Counted from the first letter of the whole stretch, positions 26,088-40,147 are shown. The stretch: DNA of 63,940 nt, filler included, from Octopus bimaculoides (GCF_001194135.2; 8 parts of 7 records of this genome joined end to end with filler, not necessarily neighbours in it), one strand, 5' to 3'. Program-made: numbers and translations. Notes: generated by a model from the sequence alone, not told the origin.

Positions 26088-27189
26088 TCACACACTCAAA
26101 CATGCACACATACACGCACATACAAACATACACACACACACACACGTATATATATTAATTACTATGTTACTTTCGCTCTATCTGTTTGTTTGCCTCGCTA
26201 AGTTGTTTTACCAGTGACTTCCATCAACAATATGACAGCTGTCTATAATTTCGTTTGCATTTTGGTCTGTCATCAGTACAATTTATCTATTCCCGGCTCC
26301 TCCCTGACTCCTCCGTTTTATAGGACCTGATCGATCATCTCCAGAGGATGATGAAAAAAAACAACAAAAAAACAAAACAAAACACAAATAAAGGGACATA
26401 AAAAATAAGCACCAAGCGATATTCACTTATACATCATGATGCTTACCTCAGATGATTCTATTATGAAGCTCAAACATTTTACATCACGCCTTTCTACATT
26501 AACGTAATGTTCATCTTTTATTCTTTACTCTCCACCGATATTTCTGAGCAGGCTCGGTGTGTGTGTGTGTGTGTGTTGTTGCGAGTGTATATGGATTTGT
26601 GTGAGTGTGCGTGGTTGTGTGTCCTTGTGTGGTGTGATGGTGTTTGTGTATGTGTATGCATTAGATCAGTGATGTTCAAGTTGTTTTTGCATAGGCGTAT
26701 ATCTATCCACACATACATACATACATACATAAATATATATACACATACGTGCTGACATATATATATATGTACATGCACATACGTATATGTATATGTATTT
26801 GCACACACATACATATATGCAGAGACACGCACACGTACACAGACATTCAAACGCATACTCACGCATACACGCGCGCACTCCCGGCCTCACACACCCACGC
26901 ACCCCTTCCACATACATACACACACAAATACATACCCACATATATATTCATATACATATGACTACAAGCACACACACACACATACTCAATTACGTATGTG
27001 TTCGTTTGTACACGAATGATGTCCATCGCAAATGTCAACCATGGGAAGAATTTTATTGGATACGCCAAACTAACAAATTAGTCGTTAATTTTTATTGAGA
27101 AGGTGTTAAATAAAGTGTGAACTGTACTTTATAGCATTAGCATCTTACTAGAAACAGATAACCCCAGATAATATCTTATAAGGTTAAGG

Positions 27190-27340
27190 CGGCGACCTAG
27201 CAGAAACGTTAGCTTACCGGGCGAAATGCTTTACGTTCTGAGTTCAAATTGCACCGAAGTAGCTGTTGCGTACTGGGATCGATATAATCGACCGGCCTCC
27301 TCCCCCAAAATTTCGGGCCATGTGCCTAGAGTAGAAAAAA
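27190..27340 (+). mobile_element. Internally deleted SINE A copy
   Basis: ggcggcgacctagcagaaacgttagc...ttctgagttcaaatt...gatcgatataatcgac. Confidence 0.6.
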
Positions 27341-27389
27341 TATAGTACAAATTAAAAATCGGCGAGCTGGCAGAAAAATTAGCACGCCA

Positions 27390-27640
27390 CCTCTGCCTGA
27401 CCTTGCAGGGCTATCCCTTTCTCTCGGCCCATTTCTGGGTGAGATTGGTCATCCTCTTCGTACTGGTCGCAATTCTTCTTCACCTGGAGATTCTGAGACT
27501 CTGGTTTTCAATTACGTCTACAACATGTATACTTAATGGTCTGCGGTCGTTGAGTATGTGGCCCTCTTTTCAAGACGAACCAAGGCCTCGGGCATCTATA
27601 CTGCCTATTCTGAGGACGTTCATGCTAGATTAAGGAATAG
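27390..27640 (-). mobile_element. Probable R4/Dong-like N-terminal fragment
   Basis: Decayed minus-strand reading frame resembling the N-terminal region of the element also seen at 58960-59530; weak. Confidence 0.35.
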
Positions 27641-28499
27641 AAGCAGAAACAGTTACTTACAGTGATTTTGTTGGGGAGGAGGATATGGATGTTCCGTCCT
27701 TATGGCTATATGTGAGTGTTTCCACAAGCAGTTCCCTATACATACTTTTATAGACATTCCTCAGGATATTCAGTTTTTATGGTATTGTGTATTTTTGGTT
27801 GTTCGAATGAATTTTATGTGTATTGTGTGGTTTGTTGGTGTGATGAAATCACTGTATGATGTTTGTACGGTTGTATAAATGTTCCATTAGTTCTTTCTTG
27901 TTCGTAGTTATTGTTGTATCGTTAATGACGTTTCAATTTTGCCAGTGTTTAGATCTACTGTCTAAGGGTTGCGTTTGAATTATGCTGTGCTTGTAATGGC
28001 GGTATCCGTGATAGCGATGGTGGTAATGGTAGTGATGCCGAGGCTGTTGTTGACTCTACTGGTGTAGCTGCCGTTATGCTTGGTGCTTATTGTTTCTCAA
28101 AGCTGTCTCCCCTACTTCCATCATACCTACCAGTTTTTTGTGTTGCTGTTGGTGTGATGTTGTCTCTTTATCTTCTGTTAGACGTGCTGACGTTTTGCCA
28201 TTCAGGCTATTTATCGTCCATACACCACAGAACATGTCTGAGGGGTGGGAAAACGGGAGGGGCATGTCTTCGGGAAGATTTTACTGTTGTTCTCTTGATA
28301 ACGTTATTGTTGTTTTAGGAGTTTATGATTCTGTTGTTTTTTGTCATAGATGGTGGTGTGTTTTCTGCTTGTTCTGTTGCTTCCATTGTTATCGTTCTAG
28401 TTTTTGCTGTTGCATTTGTTGTTGCTTTTGCTATTACTGTAGCTGTGGTGGTGGTGTCGGCAAAAGTGAGGATCTCACTTCTTTCTTCTGCGATGGGCC

Positions 28500-28698
28500 A
28501 AAAAAAAAAATTCTAACTGGGCCCCACCTGCGAGGTCAAGCGCTGTTTATCTTGATATGAGATCACCATATCGCGCACGTATGGTTGTGATGCAGGTGCC
28601 TGATGTACCCTTATCAGACGGGTAGTCATGATGGGTATAATGGGCTTCGTATATTTTACCCCAGTGTAACTTTCATGACATGCACTGCTCTCTCGCTC

Positions 28699-28767
<69 letters not shown>
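28500..28767. mobile_element. Family E fragment plus (AAT)n tail
   Basis: Reverse complement of 8165-8365 followed by a long AAT run. Confidence 0.75.
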
Positions 28768-28768
<1 letters not shown>

Positions 28769-29336
28769 GTTTCAAATTTTTGTACGGGATGAGAAAATTG
28801 CAGGTAAGGAGTAAGTCGATGTGATATACCTTGGTGCTTAACTGGTATTTACTTTATCGACCCAAATTTGACGAAATGTAAAGTTGACCCCCGTGGCAAT
28901 CGAACTGTGTAAAAAGACTGGCGAAATTCGAAAAGAAATCAGAGAAAAGACGTATGATGAAGCTTAATGACTTAACACAAGTGGTGAAGCATGTGTTTCA
29001 TAAGAGGAGCCCCACCAATGCGAAAGGCTCTGAAGAACTATTGCCTTTGTTTAAGGATTATCTATATATTCATCATTTAGTATGTATATCTATGTTACGA
29101 AAAGCAAAATTATATTATGGTGTATAAATGAATATATTTTTATATATATATATATATATATNNNNNNNNNNNNNNNNNNNNNNNNNNNNNNNNNNNNNNN
29201 NNNNNTTAATTAATTAANNNNNNNNNNNNNNNNNNNNNNNNNNNNNNNNNNNNNNNNNNNNTATATATCAAAAATTTTTCAGAATGAAATAAGAATCCAA
29301 GACTGTGAAAGATTTTAGAACATTTATAAATAGAAG

Positions 29337-29384
29337 GTCTTACAGCTGTTTCCAGGATATTTTATATATCCCTTCATCAGAGAC
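29337..29384 (-). ncRNA. Minimal hammerhead-like motif, intact core
   Basis: Minus strand GTCT-[CTGATGA]-AGGGATAT-ATAAA-ATATCCTG-[GAAA]-CAGCTGT-A-AGAC. Confidence 0.7.
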
Positions 29385-30361
29385 GGTGTGAGAAAATGGT
29401 TAAGCAACAGTTATTTTAAATAAGATATGAAATAGAGAGTGGATATTGCATCTGTAGATCCCCTATTTAGGCAGAATGGTATACATATAAGATTCCAGTA
29501 TCTTGTGAGTAAGTTCCAATAGTATTTAAAATTGTTCATTCCAAGTATAGAGTTTGTACACAGTTGTTATTGAATCAAGGGTTTTATTTAAAGTGACTAA
29601 AGGTTGGGAATCAAAAACAGGAAGAGAGGAACAAAGAAAAGAAAAAAGAAAAGGAAGAACAAAAAAGCAAAGCAGTGAAGAGAGGGAAAGTGTACTGGTT
29701 AGTGGTCAGTCAAGATAAATTGATAGAAGGAATGGGGAGGAGAGGGTGATGGAGAGAGAGAAAGATATGAGATTTTAAAAAGATGTTAGGGTAAAGAGTA
29801 GAGGAGTGTCAGATAAAAGGAATGGGGTGTGATGGGTGATAGAGAGAGAGAAGGGTATGAGAATGTAAAGAGTAAAGAAGTATCTGGTATGTAGTGATAG
29901 AGCATAATTGAAGGGCAGAGAGACTCATTCCTTTTATCTGACAATCTTTTGAAAATCTCATATCTTTCTCTCTCTATCACCCTCACCTCTTCATTCCTTC
30001 TATCAATTTATCTTGACTGACCACTAACCAGTACACTTTCTCTCCCTTCATTGCTTTGCTTTTTTTATTTTCTTTGTTCCTCTCTTCCTGTTTTCGATTC
30101 CCAACTTTTAGTCACTTTGAATAAAACCCTAGATTCAATAGATTCGATAACACCATATTCAAACACTATACTTGGAATGACCAATTTTAAATACTATTGG
30201 AACTTATAAGGTACTGGAATCTTATATGTATACCATTCTACCTAAATAATGGATCTACAGATGCAATATCCCTACATATCTCACGTCTATTTTCATTCCT
30301 CCACTCCACTCTATTTCATATCTTATTTAGAATAACTATTGCTTAACCATTTTCTCACACT

Positions 30362-30408
30362 GTCTCTGATGAAGGGATATATAACTATCCTGGAAACAAC
30401 TATAAGAC
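30362..30408 (+). ncRNA. Degenerate partner hammerhead in the opposite arm
   Basis: GTCT-CTGATGA-AGGGATAT..CTATCCTG-GAAA-CAACTAT-A-AGAC; stem III and the cleavage triplet are mutated. Confidence 0.5.
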
Positions 30409-30619
30409 CTATTTATAAATGTTTTAAAATCTTTCACAGCCTTGGAGTTTTATCGCATTCTGAAAAAAATTTTATATATGCACATGCTGATATATAACCT
30501 ATGTTGGACTCCTCATTCGCATAATCACCGAACCTAGAGCTTAACTATAGTCTGTCCATAGCACTTATTCAGCATTACCTGACACCTTTGGGCCTTATTG
30601 AAACCATTAGCTCTCATAA

Positions 30620-30708
<89 letters not shown>

Positions 30709-30924
30709 ACGTAAGTACTGTAAGTTTAGAGGGAATACTTGATAAGTGTAAGCACCTGTATATGCCAGATATTGGCAGAGGTGAGAGAATATATCAAACA
30801 TAAATTAAAAACAGAACACAAAAGATATTATGGTACACGTGTTTCAAGCTTTATAAACAATCGATTATTACATCAGCACAGGTATATTATTGATCTAAAA
30901 GATGGTGCAAAGCTCTTCTCAGCC

Positions 30925-31346
30925 ACAAACATTGTTAGTCTAAAGATTACATCACAGAATATAAAGTACATGTAGTATTACCCATTATAATAGGTTTATC
31001 ACATCTCTTTGAAAAGGTATATTTGTATAAAGGTTCGTTGGATTTAAAAAATCTGCCCATACTGTACCACTATTCAGCATAGAGTGAATGTTAAATAGAT
31101 TGGATTGAGTTTATATTTAAGTAGCGTGTATTCTATCTTATATACACTAGTTAAATATAAACTCAATCCAATCTATTTAACATTCACTCTATGCTGAATA
31201 GTGGTACAGTATGGGCAGATTTTTTAAATCCAACGAACCGTTATACAAATATACCTTTTCAAAGGGATATGATAAACCTATTATACTGGGTAATACTACG
31301 TGTACTTTATCTTTTGTGATGTAATCTTTAGACTAACAATGTTTGT
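30925..31346. repeat. Inverted repeat with about 205-bp arms and about 12-nt loop
   Basis: 30925-31130 versus 31143-31346; a long perfect central segment, with mismatches in the outer third and next to the loop. Confidence 0.9.
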
Positions 31347-32431
31347 TGAAATTTGGAAATTATATTCTATGCATAAGAACAGATGTAATGCAGTATATGT
31401 TTGAAAGTGAGGGGGCATAAATGAGGCCATAACCCTCATGAAAATTCATATATTTTGGCTGTTGATGAAATTTTAACCACAGATATTAGACACGAAGTAA
31501 TATTTCAAAACTTTCAACTTCTTAGGAGTTAGTAAGACCCCTTAATGGGGGCTTAACCCCCACAATTTAGTCATTTTTACTAAGCCAAAACGAATACAAT
31601 TGTACTCTTGGAAGCTGTTGAGTCACCCGAGCATACAAGATGAGCATTATTTGTAATTCAATGGTACAACAGTGTAAGAGTTTGCTTTGAGATACACTTA
31701 GATTGTGATTTCTGCAATGTGGTGCATAAATTAAGTAAAGTAGAGGCATCTTTGCCTCCACTGATTCAGTTGCAAAGTATTATTTTGAGTAAAGTTATTT
31801 GGTTGCAAACTTCCTTTTGAGTCTTTTTATTATCACTGGGTTAGACATAGTCCCCAGATGGTAACATTGATTTCAAGGACTTCCCAGATAAGTAACTGGT
31901 ATTCAATGAGATTTATAGATAGCAAATTTATTCTGCCTATATATATACATGCACACGTTACATACTTATGTCTGAAAGTTAAAATATATACATCAGATAC
32001 TAATGTTTCACTCTTTTTTGGCATAATACAATTTATATTTGCACATATTACTTAAATACAAGCATATAGCTGTCATTCATCTTTAAGGTATACACTAAAT
32101 TTAATTTAATTGTCAAGCTCCTAGATAATAAAAATAGATCTTAAGTAAAGTTTTCAAAAATGATCTAAACAAAATATGTAAACCTTAATATTCCTGGATG
32201 ATGTTGTAAAAGAGAGGTCCACATCACAAAAGAAGGAAAAAATAATTGAGATACACATTGAAGATGTGTTCATATTAAAAAAAAAAAAAGAGTTCTGCAT
32301 GTGTTGATGCAAAATGAAAATTGAAAGATAGGGTTGTGAACACAATTGAAAGGTAATTCTACTGATGTCTAAACAAGATGAGGGACCTAATTTGTGAGCT
32401 TACAGTTTTATCTTCTTTCATATACAAGTAT

Positions 32432-32502
<71 letters not shown>

Positions 32503-32717
32503 NNNNNNNNNNNNNNNNNNNNNNNNNNNNNNNNNNNNNNNNNNNNNNNNNNNNNNNNNNNNNNNNNNNNNNNNNNNNNNNNNNNNNNNNNNNNNNNNNN
32601 NNNNNNNNNNNNNNNNNNNNNNNNNNNNNNNNNNNNNNNNNNNNNNNNNNNNNNNNNNNNNNNNNNNNNNNNNNNNNNNNNNNNNNNNNNNNNNNNNNNN
32701 NNNATATATATATATAT

Positions 32718-32762
<45 letters not shown>

Positions 32763-32818
32763 CTTCATAAACAGGGCTAATTTAGCTGTTTTTCTGTTGA
32801 TTGAAAAAGTGATGAACA

Positions 32819-32861
32819 ACCTTAATCAATTTTCGTATCTTAGTGGATTCTCATCAGAGGT
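32819..32861 (-). ncRNA. Minimal type I hammerhead-like motif, intact core
   Basis: Minus strand ACCT-[CTGATGA]-GAATC-CACTAA-GATAC-[GAAA]-ATTGATT-A-AGGT; one A.A mismatch in stem II. Confidence 0.65.
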
Positions 32862-33189
32862 GTCTACGTCAATTTCATTAATTCCAGAGAAATGAGCAGC
32901 CAATCTGTTTATATACTTTATAATTACAGTAGCTACAGAAATCCTCATCATCACTTAATGTTCATGTCCTATTCTGGCATGGGCTGCATGGTTTAACAGG
33001 ATCCAAGACTGCATTGTGCTCCAGTGTCTGCCTTTGCATGGGTGCTATTCTTAATGCCAACCACTTTGCAGTGTGTACTTGGTGCTATTTTCATGCCTTC
33101 AGCACTAGTGAGGTTGCCAAATAACTTACAAAGCTACAAACACTGGGGTGGGGTTTATTCTGGGAGATGAAAAGTTAAAATATGAGAGA

Positions 33190-33320
33190 TATGTGCTTCT
33201 TTTAGTTGCCATCTACTATATTCACTCACAGGGCTTTGGTCTGCCTGAGGCTATAGTAGAAGTCACTTACTCAAGGTACCATGCAATAAAACAGAACTAT
33301 AATTTGAGCAGCAAACTTCT
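33190..33320 (-). mobile_element. SINE B copy with CpG decay
   Basis: ggtctgcctgaggctatagtagaag...ccatgca versus ggtcggcccgagg...ccacgca in the 52000 copy. Confidence 0.65.
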
Positions 33321-35699
33321 CAGCTATGCCTGTGCCCAAACTGTACTAATTTATTTACAAAATTCTTCTGGTCACCAAGATGTCAACCGATTGTCTTTTT
33401 AATGATTGAGCAGCATGTACTAATTAGTAAATTTTGGGCAAAAATCTGTAGCTTAGTATGCTGAAAGGTAAACTTTTGGATTTCATATGGTACTAAAACT
33501 GATAGATGCCAGGATGTCAGAAATGTTCATGGAGTTGAGAAAGAGAAAAAAATTGAGAGAAATAAAATATATTCTGTAGAAAGCATCTACAATAGTGTTT
33601 TTTCCTTTTTCTTTTAAGATAATGCAATATATCATATGAGTATTTAGACAATTCCAATCGATAAGATACCAATTTATTATTTTGAACCTTTGATGAATGC
33701 TTGTAGTTGAAAATAAAAATAATAGATTCTTGATCTGTTAATAGTTGAAATAGGTTTTGCAATTAACCAATGTTTTCACTTTCTGACACTTTTTATAATG
33801 GTTATGTTGCCAGTTTATGTTTTTGTTTATGAGTAGTTAATGTTCTTAAAAAGCAAGCTATTATTCTACAGCAATCTACCAGATATAGTTACCTCAGAGG
33901 CATTAATTTGAAGTATAAATATTTCAAATTCAACAACTGTTCTAAGTGTAGCCTTAAGAATATACACTTTGAGACTATTAAAATCACATATCTGTGTTTC
34001 TGCTAAAGGCTAATGAGAAACTGATAAAAGTAACTTTTCCATATCTAGTTTTAGAGTTCTGTAAGAAATGTTATATTCTAGAAATGGATAGCTTGCATGT
34101 TATATATATACACTTAACCTCATTTAAAATATGTTGATGTTAATAGTCACTGACAACCTTATTTAAATTTTGATTAACATCTTCCAAATTTTTTCCCCAT
34201 CATCAGGATAAGCAAATGTTTCAGTTAGATGATGTTCAGTAACTATGTTCTTAATTATTCTTCGAAAATTAGCTATGACATTCTCTAAATCAAAAGACAT
34301 TTACAAAACTGATATAATTTTCCTTTACTTTCATATACTATAAAGAATCAATTATCAATATGCAGTGAGATTTGATAAGCTAGTTCACAGAGTTGATATT
34401 TATCAAAGTTAAAATTAAAGGTAAGGGGTGTGCATCCAAAAAAAAAAAGCAAAGGAATTAATAGTTATTAAGTAATCTACAGTAATCCTAGTTTAGATAA
34501 TTTTCCATGACTAAACCCTTGCTTTACCACATAAAAATTACAGGCCACTCTTGAGACCTCTGACTAAACAATAAGTTCTTCAAAATATATAAAGCCTTTT
34601 TTTTTTCAGAATAAAACCGGTTAGGTGTTATAGTAATAGCTTTACCAATTTTATCAAAACTTTTAAAAATTTGAGAAGGGTATATATGCATTGTGTAAAT
34701 GAAGTACTATCATATTTTGTGAAAAGTCATAAAACTTTGCCTTCACATAGATGCACAAATATTATCTATTGTTAAGAATTTCATATTATTATATATATAT
34801 TGCCATTAAGAGTATTTTATTGTGTATGAAATACATCATATAATAAAGCAAAAAATTGATTTAATTGGCAATTTCATATTAATGGTTAAAGAGGTATGAA
34901 TAAAATTGTCTCAACTTCTTGAACCAATTGAAGTGTCAACATCTTTATAATAATTATCACCATTGACTTTTGAGTGAAATCTGAAACATCTGTAAATATT
35001 GTTAAATTGGTTCTTGATGATTTATTATTAGATCAGCATACCTTTGCGTAATGACCCTTTCACCATATGAATAACAGAAATTCCTTGACAGGGCAATCTT
35101 GTCATCTATGGATCTTACCACCACAAATAAAGCATTTATTGCCATTTCTAAAAGTAGGCAGATTAAGGGAATAATTAGAGAATCATTACTTCAACCCTAT
35201 TGTTAAGGTCCAGATACTGCATTATCAGAGTACGTTGTGAGTGTGAATTATAGTAATTAGCATTCATCTGGGCCTATTTTGATGCAAGTGCTTGATGTAT
35301 TGCATCATTTAACTGGGGTTCCTTATTTTCAAGTAATTTTCAACATATAGTATTCTGTTCTAAACCTGTAATGAAGGAATCCTGAATACCGTCTTCACAA
35401 TATTTACTGGAAGACACTGCTTTAAAGCAATTTCAGTTTAAAAGTTGTTAGGCATGAATAGAATCTGTGATGGATTCTCATGCTTGATGCTTACAAGCTG
35501 CCAATGGGTGATGGGCAAAAACTTTGTTTATTGATTTAATATAGAGAGACTCTAGCAATCGTTAAAGGTATTATGGTGTAATACCTTCTAAAATATTTGT
35601 AGAAATATAGTTTACCATTGAGAATTTTAATCTTCCTCTGATTCTGAGGTTTTATGTGAAAAATTTTAAGAGGTGCAACATTAATGCAACCACTTTGTC

Positions 35700-35965
35700 T
35701 AAACTTTGAAATCAGGTAAGGATAAAGATCCCCTTCGGTCAAGAATGACCATGGGATTGCACCTAGAAAGTTCCTCTCCAAGGCACAAATCTGCACAAGG
35801 TTGTTTATGAAAGACCAGTAGTTGTCTATGCAAACAAGCCGCCCCTCTCCATGCTACTGATGTTATCCAAGGGAAAGGCAAAGGCTTGGCACCACTGACA
35901 TTGCAATTCATATCTACAGCTGAGTGAACTGGAACAATGTAGAGTAATATTAAAAAGTTTGGCAG
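35700..35965 (-). mobile_element. SINE D copy
   Basis: Reverse complement of the 1560-1800 body (atgaccatgggattgcacctagaaag, cagctgagtgaactggaacaa). Confidence 0.75.
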
Positions 35966-38900
35966 TAAACATTTGCCCATTATTTTATGCATGTATAAAT
36001 GTTCTTATAGATGTTACTTCTCTTTCCTAGCAGAGATGCATCATCCACTGGTAATGTGGAATCCAATCAGAATAACTCTCATGAGACTGCTACATTTTGT
36101 TTTATATTGCTTACCTAAAAGAATATTTTCCAATCCTGAGTACCAGTAGTAACATCTGTGATAGTTATAATAGTAGCAATAGCAGTAGTAACAGATACAA
36201 CAATAACAATAGCAAAACTGCTTCACATGAATCCATTGGAAAGCCAAAAGAATTGCTGAAAAAATTTGTGTAGAGAAGAAATACTTCCAAAAGTGTTGTT
36301 CAGTGATTTGAGCCTGCTACCATTTCTCTTGTTGATTTAATTTGATTGTTGAGCCAACACATGTACAATGTGGTGAATATTACATTTAAAGTATTTCACA
36401 CATATACACATGACAATTTTCACATTTCAGCAGTATGCATACTAATTATATCTTCATTATGCTTTTGAAAGAGACTAGCTATTTTTAAAATTTGTGATCA
36501 TGGGTGTTCACTTTTGGTGTGAAGTGTGTAGGTTATGTGTGGATGTTAAGAAGGATTGAAAAATAAATGAATCTGAACAGGACTGTGTTAGAAATGAAAG
36601 CAAGTAAGTTGTTAATGTATAGAGAGAAACCATGGTGGTATTCTAAAATAAATAAAGTATGGGAGAGAGAGAGAGAGAGAGCATGAGTGAACATCTCAAT
36701 GGTGTTGCTTGAGAGACAACTTCCACTTCTCATCCAAGAGATGAAAGTTATATGGAGCTCATGGGTTGCTAATATGGCTATAATAATATCTGAAAGTTAC
36801 TTTTTCCACCACTTTTAAGATGTTAGAAGTGTCATACAAATTGTTTTTGTTTACCAATGAAGTAAAGCATATATTTTAAAATCTGTTTTTCAAACACTTG
36901 GTTTCTTCTTAACTGAGAAACATATTTCAATCTCCAAATAATAGAGATGTAGTTGGAATACATAAGTTATGAACACAGAATATTATTAAACTTTTTATCA
37001 AAATTCTTAAGATTGTAAATAGTTTTTTCCTTTTTTTTTTTAATAATATGCATTTTAGATAGTCCCTGATATCACATTCACATCAAGAGAAAGAACTACA
37101 GCTGTACAATACAAATTTTCATCCATCATCATTACTATTTGTTTAGGTTTTTTCTCTTCTATGCCTATTCAATATCCTTACTGGTCTTCCAATTCTGCAT
37201 TGGAGTTAAGGGAAATTTCTAGGAAATTTGTTTTATCAGATTAAGGAATCATAAAGCAAAAAAGAACTACATAAATTTCAAACCAAGTGTAGTTAACAGA
37301 ATTTTTAGGCTAAGGATGATCTACATCAATATGTATTGGATTAGAAATAAAAACAGAAGCAGTGCATGCTGATGTGTTAGGACGCAAATTACTATCTTAT
37401 TTTCAGGTCAGAGGTATTTGTCAAAGAAGAAAGAAGTTTCTACAGTGAATGGTTTTAGCCAAAACGTTACTCCTTTTGTACATAGCAACATTTCTATTTT
37501 TATTTGAAATAATTAACTGATGGCTAGGTGAAAATAATTGGCATAAGAAATTCTGTATCAAAACTATAAACCAATAATGTGATAATGTAGAGCAAAATTA
37601 ATTAGCTATTTTATTTAAAAACTAATAGAATTTAAAGTTGAAATTGCTTACTAAAGGAGTAATGAGTGAAAACAATACACAGTTCTTAGTTAACTATAAT
37701 AATGGGATTAGATGAAATGAATAAAATGATTGAGTTATTTTATACTGTTATAGTATAACTGGGAATGGAAAAACAAGTTAACATGATAAAGTGGTGTATT
37801 ATATTAAATTCCTTCTGTGAATATTGTGGTTATCTAAAAATATTTGCCTTTAACTCTACAACTAGCACAACATTATTTTCATTACAAAAAGTTACCATTA
37901 AATATTTCTGAGAAATGTTATAATACACAGTCTCACCTATGAAATATTGATTTTTGGTGGCTAGGCATAATGCCAAAGTTTGAAGGAGAAAGGTATTATC
38001 CACAGAACTGAACTAATATATTAAATTACATTTATTTTATTGACCCTCAAGAGCCAGAAAGGAAAGTTAATATAGGGGAGATATGAATGAATTTGAGAGA
38101 GAGAGAGACATGCAGACAGACACATAGATAGACAGATATGAAACTAAAGATATCATAGAGTAATTAATCTGATGCACTTCTTTCATGAAGAGAACAAATA
38201 GACAAGTCAATATGTTATGACAACCACAAAAGAATTTGTGGCATGCATTCTGTTACCAATACTGATTTGTGGATTTGTTTCTATAACCAAGACATTTAGC
38301 CCTCAAGCCATCTGTCTAGCTTTATGTAAGTATTATAGGTATAATTTACCACTAAGTTATGGCATCACTTGGTGAACTTTGTTTCAATTTGCCTAGTTGG
38401 CATTGCTACTAGCAATGGACCAAAAACTTATACAGAGAGAGTCTGTTTATAACATCCCTGCTTAACACTGTGGAAACCAGAAACAAGTCCTTGTGACTTG
38501 CAAAAGTATAAATTATTAGCTACTGAGCTGATCATCTTCACTTTCATCAAATATGAAAATACTGATGAATTAGCTAATGGTAAACCAATTAATATTTCTT
38601 TGCCAAAATATTTCAGAGAAACACATAAACCAGTATTGGTGACCAGATACAACTCATTTATTGTTTTTCAGTTGCTAGACATATTATCAGTTGGGTTGTC
38701 TGTGGTCTGTCTATAAGTATTCCAGTGGTTTCTTTTCCTGGTATAGATTAAGGTCTTATATGTCACAAATTTGATTAACTTTTGTCATATGAATCAATCA
38801 AAGAATTTCCATACAATTGTTCAAACTAATAGAAATAGAAGTCAAGTCTTCCTGAAGTCACAATTTTATCATCCTAGATAAAGGAGAATGCTTTGGACAA

Positions 38901-39467
38901 TATATTCTCCAATATAGGAAAAAGGTCAGATAGTTATGGTTAGAATATCATAGATCATAACTCTTCATGATCAAGATTAAAATAAGGCTAAACAACAATG
39001 ACCTCTCATCATACACATCCTTGTTATCAATATTTTGCTATTCCTTTAGTCAAAAGGGAGTTTTATAGATGATGCCCCACTATAATAGCAGAAGAAACAG
39101 TAATGATAATAATAAATGGGTGTTTTGATTTCTAAAGCTAACTAAACTACATAAATATTCCACACAAGTCTGCCTCTAACCCATTACACTTGTATTCTTC
39201 ACCCTTATATTATTTCAGATTCTATACAAAGAGAAAATCAATAAATAGTAATTCTCTTTTAAGGAAATGCTAAAACAGTTGCTAGTGCAAAACCGTTAGG
39301 TAATTTTTTTAGAAAAAAAAAAAACAAACTAAAATTGAATGTAGTTATTACATGAATATATGAATCAGTGCTATTTGCACAGGTAAAAACCATTTATGAA
39401 AATATATTTGATTTTTCTTAGAGGGATATATATTCTAAATGAAGAACAAATGTTAAAAATATACCCA

Positions 39468-39505
<38 letters not shown>

Positions 39506-39857
39506 TTGCAAGATTTTTGATGTGAAATCGTGTGTTGAAACAGATGTTGTTGTACTTGGGGATGGTCATATTGCCAGTTTAGCCAATAAAAACACACGCA
39601 CTGTATATTTGGTGTTAATTTGCTTCAGCTTTATATTACATTAATCATCATCATCATCATCATCGTTTAACGTCCGCTTTCCATGCTAGCATGGGTTGGA
39701 CGATTTGACTGAGGACTGGTGAAACCGGATGGCAACACCAGGCTCCAGTCTGATTTGNNNNNNNNNNNNNNNNNNNNNNNNNNNNNNNNNNNNNNNNNNN
39801 NTTAATTAATTAANNNNNNNNNNNNNNNNNNNNNNNNNNNNNNNNNNNNNNNNNNNN

Positions 39858-39890
<33 letters not shown>

Positions 39891-40147
39891 TGTGTGTGTG
39901 TGTGTGTGTGTGTACATATATATTTTGCAAGAGAGAAAATGAGATGTTAGAGCATAAAATATAGGCATATACACTCATTCACCCATTACTGCTTAATCTT
40001 TAAAACTTAGTACGGTAATATAATTAACTGTGTACAAAATGAAACAACTGTAACTGTATGCTTGCCAAAAATACTGAAGAGCTTCAAGTAAAAATGAGAG
40101 TTGCTCCCCTTAACGTATTGCTTCATCTCTGTTTGCTTTTTTTTTCA

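Larger units (their letters stand above)
29262..30479. repeat. 1.2-kb imperfect foldback (arms about 29262-29824 and 29926-30479)
   Basis: Arms align as reverse complements over more than 500 bp with scattered substitutions and several indels; TA runs at both ends. Confidence 0.9.

Noticed and set aside
32830-32905. Minus-strand peptide LAAHFSGINEIDVDTSDENPLRY, faintly like an ERCC8 WD40 repeat
   Set aside because: A stop follows before any donor, and the segment is better explained by the hammerhead motif.
39709-39726. CTGAGGA-CTGGT-GAAAC
   Set aside because: No room for stem II and no stem I; part of a LINE-related tail repeat.
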